Assembly: GCA_022749995.1 (NCBI GenBank) | Contig: JAKIWO010000001.1 | Coordinates: 154,330-218,329, forward strand | Direction: 5' to 3' | Origin: Thermoplasmata archaeon | GTDB lineage: Archaea > Thermoplasmatota > Thermoplasmata > Lutacidiplasmatales > UBA184 | Length of the DNA stretch: 64,000 nucleotides | Shown: one piece after another, positions 61,117-64,000 of the stretch | How the letters are laid out: each line of letters begins with the position of its first letter | Position numbering within the stretch: the first letter of the stretch is position 1 | The notes under the pieces: generated by a model | Seen by the model: the letters and a program-made list of their open reading frames with translations, nothing else | The model's database searches: none | Told to the model about the DNA's origin: nothing | Position numbers and translations under genes: made by a program

Positions 61117-61878
61117 CTACCGAACGAACGTGGGCGCGGGCCGAGAGGCCCTCAGACCACGGGCCTCGGCCCAGAGGAGCACGGAGCCGATGACCGCAAG
61201 GAAAGGGACGAGGAGCAGCACCGTGGCGACTCGGAACCGGGACGCCGAAAAGTGCGCGCCGCAGCGCCAGACTCCGATGAGCAGCCCGAGCCAACCGATG
61301 AACGCAAGTATCCCCGTCAGCAGCACCGCGAGCGCGGTACCCCCGGTCGCAGCGGCCTGACTCTGGCAGGAGGCCGTCCAGGAAGCGCCTACGGGGACGG
61401 CGTTGATGCAGTTCGCCAGATTGACGAGGGTGCCCAGCAACGCACCCAACGAGAGGAGGAGCAGGGGCGTCGCGAGCAGCGCGAGCCAGACCAGCTTGGA
61501 CGGGGTCTCGAAGGTGTCGTCGGCCTGCCGCAGGGCGCGGAACGCCCCCAAGTAGTACCACAAGCCGATCATCTGGAGCAGCCCACCGATCGCCGCGAGC
61601 ACAAGGATCGCTGCGACCGTGCCGGTCGACAACGCAAGGTGAGGGGCTCCCGACGCCGTCATCGAGACCGAGGCACTGGTCGCGCCGCTCCACTCGATGT
61701 AGGCCAGTACTCCCCACCCGACCACTCCCGCAATCACGCCGACGAGTCCGGCACGTTCCAGGCTGGCGAGCGCCGGCGCGTCCATGCTCCGAGGCGTCGG
61801 TACCTGCCCCGCGGTCCAGGTCGGCTGGATGCGAGGAGGACTCGAGGGGTAGGAGGAAGGAAGGGCCCCTCCGCTCAC
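61117..61878 (-). CDS. Polytopic membrane protein, Cys-pair loop family (paralog B)
   Basis: AFRALRQ..., loop ANCINAVPVGASWTASC, WRCGAHFSASRFRVA. Confidence 0.55.
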   Translation of the reverse strand: MSGGALPSSYPSSPPRIQPTWTAGQVPTPRSMDAPALASLERAGLVGVIAGVVGWGVLAYIEWSGATSASVSMTASGAPHLALSTGTVAAILVLAAIGGLLQMIGLWYYLGAFRALRQADDTFETPSKLVWLALLATPLLLLSLGALLGTLVNLANCINAVPVGASWTASCQSQAAATGGTALAVLLTGILAFIGWLGLLIGVWRCGAHFSASRFRVATVLLLVPFLAVIGSVLLWAEARGLRASRPAPTFVR

Positions 61879-62071
61879 AATCCCGGGCAGTCACCCCGGG
61901 GATGTAAACTCCCGCATCGAGGTGGCCCGTTCCGCGACCCGAACCGGCGCCCACCGAGCTCTGGCGGGTTTTCCTGCGGGTTGCCGGCCCCGCCGCTTCC
62001 GCACGTATTTATACCGGAACTCGGCTAAATTCCGCTGCTCTAGGTGGTTCGCTACTAGGGCGAGCTTTGCG

Positions 62072-63016
62072 ATGGGGGGTTTCAGGCGCCCAGACGGGGG
62101 ACGGCGGTATCGCCGTCACCGACGGCTCTCTCGGGAATCCCGGGGGGTGGTCTCGGTGGTCGGGGCGCTCCTGGCCCTGCTCGTGTTCTTCGCCCTCTTC
62201 GGGATCTTCGTGACGCAGTACGTTCCGCTCTGGATGAACGACAACGAGGCACAGTTCACGGGCCAGGTGCAGGCCTCCTTTGCCGAGCTCAAGCAGAACA
62301 TTGACCTCCAGACCACGCTCGGCGGCCCCCAGGTGCTCTCCGTGCCGTTCCCGCTCGCCTCCCAGGGTATCCCGCTCTTCGCGGCCCCGACGACGGCGAC
62401 GCTGAACTACATCCCGCACACGCAGGGCGTCTACGCCAGTGTCACGATGCAGTACGGCCCCGGCGGCCAGCGCAACTTTGTCTACAACCAGAGCCTCGGC
62501 ACGCTGCAGGTCACCGTCCCCAACCGGTACTTCCCCCCGCAGCAGTTCATCTACGAGGACGACGCGGTCATCCAGTCGCAGGGGGACCGGCAGCAGGTCA
62601 TCGAGTACCCTCCGCTCATTTCGATCAACTCCTCCGGCAACTACCAGAGCGTCTCGCTGACGATCGTCCAGCTGTTCGGCAACGCTACGCAGGTGGTCTC
62701 GACCGGTACCGACGAAGTGTACACTCACTTCGGCAGCCTGACGAGCTTCCCGAGCAACGGGAGCCTGAGCGCCCCCGGCGCGCCGTTCACGGTCACCATC
62801 GTGATCGGGACCAACCAGCCCTGCGCCTGGGCGACGTTCCTCAACGCGACCCTCGGCGAGGCCGGGCTGCCCTCGGGTGCTTACACGCTCGCGCCGAGCA
62901 CCTGCGTGGCCGGGCTCGGCGCGTCGGTGCCGGTCAAGCTCGTGTTCACCGAGCTCACCAGCTTTGACCTGTTCGTGGCGACGAGCACGATCGTCACCGG
63001 CATCGGGGAGATCTGA
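62072..63016 (+). CDS. Archaeal type IV pilin-like protein with class III signal peptide
   Basis: ATG at 62072. Basic leader ...RESRG followed by VVSVVGALLALLVFFALFGIF (prepilin peptidase-type site), then a sequon-bearing beta-rich domain. Its stop overlaps the ATPase start. Confidence 0.6.
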   Translation: MGGFRRPDGGRRYRRHRRLSRESRGVVSVVGALLALLVFFALFGIFVTQYVPLWMNDNEAQFTGQVQASFAELKQNIDLQTTLGGPQVLSVPFPLASQGIPLFAAPTTATLNYIPHTQGVYASVTMQYGPGGQRNFVYNQSLGTLQVTVPNRYFPPQQFIYEDDAVIQSQGDRQQVIEYPPLISINSSGNYQSVSLTIVQLFGNATQVVSTGTDEVYTHFGSLTSFPSNGSLSAPGAPFTVTIVIGTNQPCAWATFLNATLGEAGLPSGAYTLAPSTCVAGLGASVPVKLVFTELTSFDLFVATSTIVTGIGEI

Positions 63017-64000
63017 TGAGCACCACCTTCCGCGTCCGGATCCCGCACAAGGTCGGCCCGGAGGGAACCGGGGCCCCCGCCCGGATCCGCCGCCCGGCGA
63101 CGGAGGAGCAGGACGAGGAGGAGGCGCCGGTCGTGGACCTGCCCGGGACGTTCATCACCGCGATGCCCCCGCTGCCCGACGTGGACTGCGAGCAGCTCGA
63201 GGTCAACGCGGTCACGCCCCCGTACTCCTACTCCCGGGTCACCTACAACGACCGGACCAAGGAGTACCTCTACGAAGCGATCGAACCCCAGCTCTCCGGC
63301 CACGAGCGGGAGCTGCTCGACCACCTCAAGTCGACGCTCACCCAGATCATCGGCTCGGAGGTGGCCTCCCTCTCCGCCCCCGAGAAGCGCAGCTTCCTGC
63401 GCGGCGAGGTGGAGACCTACCTTGCGACCCGGGGGATCACCCTCTCCCCGCTCTCCACCGAGCGGATGATCTACTACATCCAGCGCGACTTCGTCGGCTT
63501 CGGCCCCGTCGACGTGTTGATCGCCGACCCGCTGATCGAGGACATCAGCTGCGACGGCGTCGAGGTGCCGCTGTTCGTCTTCCACTCGAAGTACGAGTCG
63601 GTGAGGACCGACGTCGCCTTCCCCACCGAGGAATCGCTCAACAGCTTCGTCATCATGCTCGGCCAGCGCTGCGGCAAGGCCGTCAGCGTCTCCTCGCCGA
63701 TCCTGGACGGTACGACGGTAGAGGGCCACCGGGTCCAGGCGACCTACGGGCGGGAGGTGACCACCCGCGGTGGCAGCTTCACCATCCGGCGATTCAAGGA
63801 GAAGCCGTTCACGCCGGTCGACTTGATCCTGAACGGCAGCGCGAGCGAGGAGATGATCGCCTATTTCTGGCTCGCGGCCGAGCAGGGCGAGTCGCTCATC
63901 ATCTGCGGCGGTCCGGCCGCAGGGAAGACCAGCACCCTCAACGCTATCGCCCTGTTCATCCCGCCCACCTCCAAGATCGTCTCGATCGAGGACACCCGCG
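63016..64000 (+). CDS. ArlI/FlaI/PilB-type secretion ATPase (type IV filament assembly), 3-prime end outside window
   Basis: Hand-translated from ATG 63016: ...IEDISCDG..., TIRRFKEKPFTPVDLI, Walker A ICGGPAAGKTSTLNA. Open to the window end. Confidence 0.75.
   Translation, partial: MSTTFRVRIPHKVGPEGTGAPARIRRPATEEQDEEEAPVVDLPGTFITAMPPLPDVDCEQLEVNAVTPPYSYSRVTYNDRTKEYLYEAIEPQLSGHERELLDHLKSTLTQIIGSEVASLSAPEKRSFLRGEVETYLATRGITLSPLSTERMIYYIQRDFVGFGPVDVLIADPLIEDISCDGVEVPLFVFHSKYESVRTDVAFPTEESLNSFVIMLGQRCGKAVSVSSPILDGTTVEGHRVQATYGREVTTRGGSFTIRRFKEKPFTPVDLILNGSASEEMIAYFWLAAEQGESLIICGGPAAGKTSTLNAIALFIPPTSKIVSIEDTR

Noticed and set aside
1-64000. Window-wide scan for CRISPR arrays, cas genes, restriction-modification or toxin-antitoxin defence genes, reverse transcriptases and integrases
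   Set aside because: None was recognised in any frame by eye. The only mobile-element signatures are the two disrupted transposases and the orphan RHH gene in the 40-47 kb island.

Overview
High-G+C archaeal chromosome segment. Archaeal markers are r-protein L40e, RpoK, archease, a Pcc1-like protein, a BHB-type intron in tRNA-Tyr, a class-III-signal pilin plus an ArlI/FlaI-like ATPase, and TATA-type promoters. A 5S rRNA gene with no 16S/23S partner in the window hints at a Thermoplasmatota-like lineage; this is inference only. Most of the window is tightly packed housekeeping: ileS, serA plus a class V aminotransferase, trmI, MTAP, transaldolase, nfo, rpiA, pyrH, adk, a GH57/GT4 glycogen pair and an MVD-family decarboxylase. 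Three parts stand out. (1) Two paralogous minus-strand envelope modules, 14308-24264 and 33456-40147. Each is built from a MoxR AAA+ ATPase, a DUF58 protein, DUF4129-type proteins, a small N-anchored helical protein and a polytopic membrane protein. Each is chained by 1-4 nt overlaps to very large, sequon-rich surface proteins (PKD repeats or Kelch plus Ig-like domains). Module 1 also ends in a PKD-TM-winged-helix protein. (2) A visibly lower-G+C, decaying island at about 40.2-47.3 kb. It holds two disrupted transposases (IS630-like and SWIM+DDE), an orphan RHH gene and secreted orphan proteins, one of which looks like a G1 glutamic peptidase. (3) A type IV pilus-like locus at the 3-prime end, next to a small family of Cys-pair membrane proteins. 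All calls rest on reading the ORF translations and the DNA by eye. No searches, alignments or composition calculations were run. Many long track ORFs are Arg/Pro/Gly-rich shadow frames typical of high-G+C DNA and were rejected.
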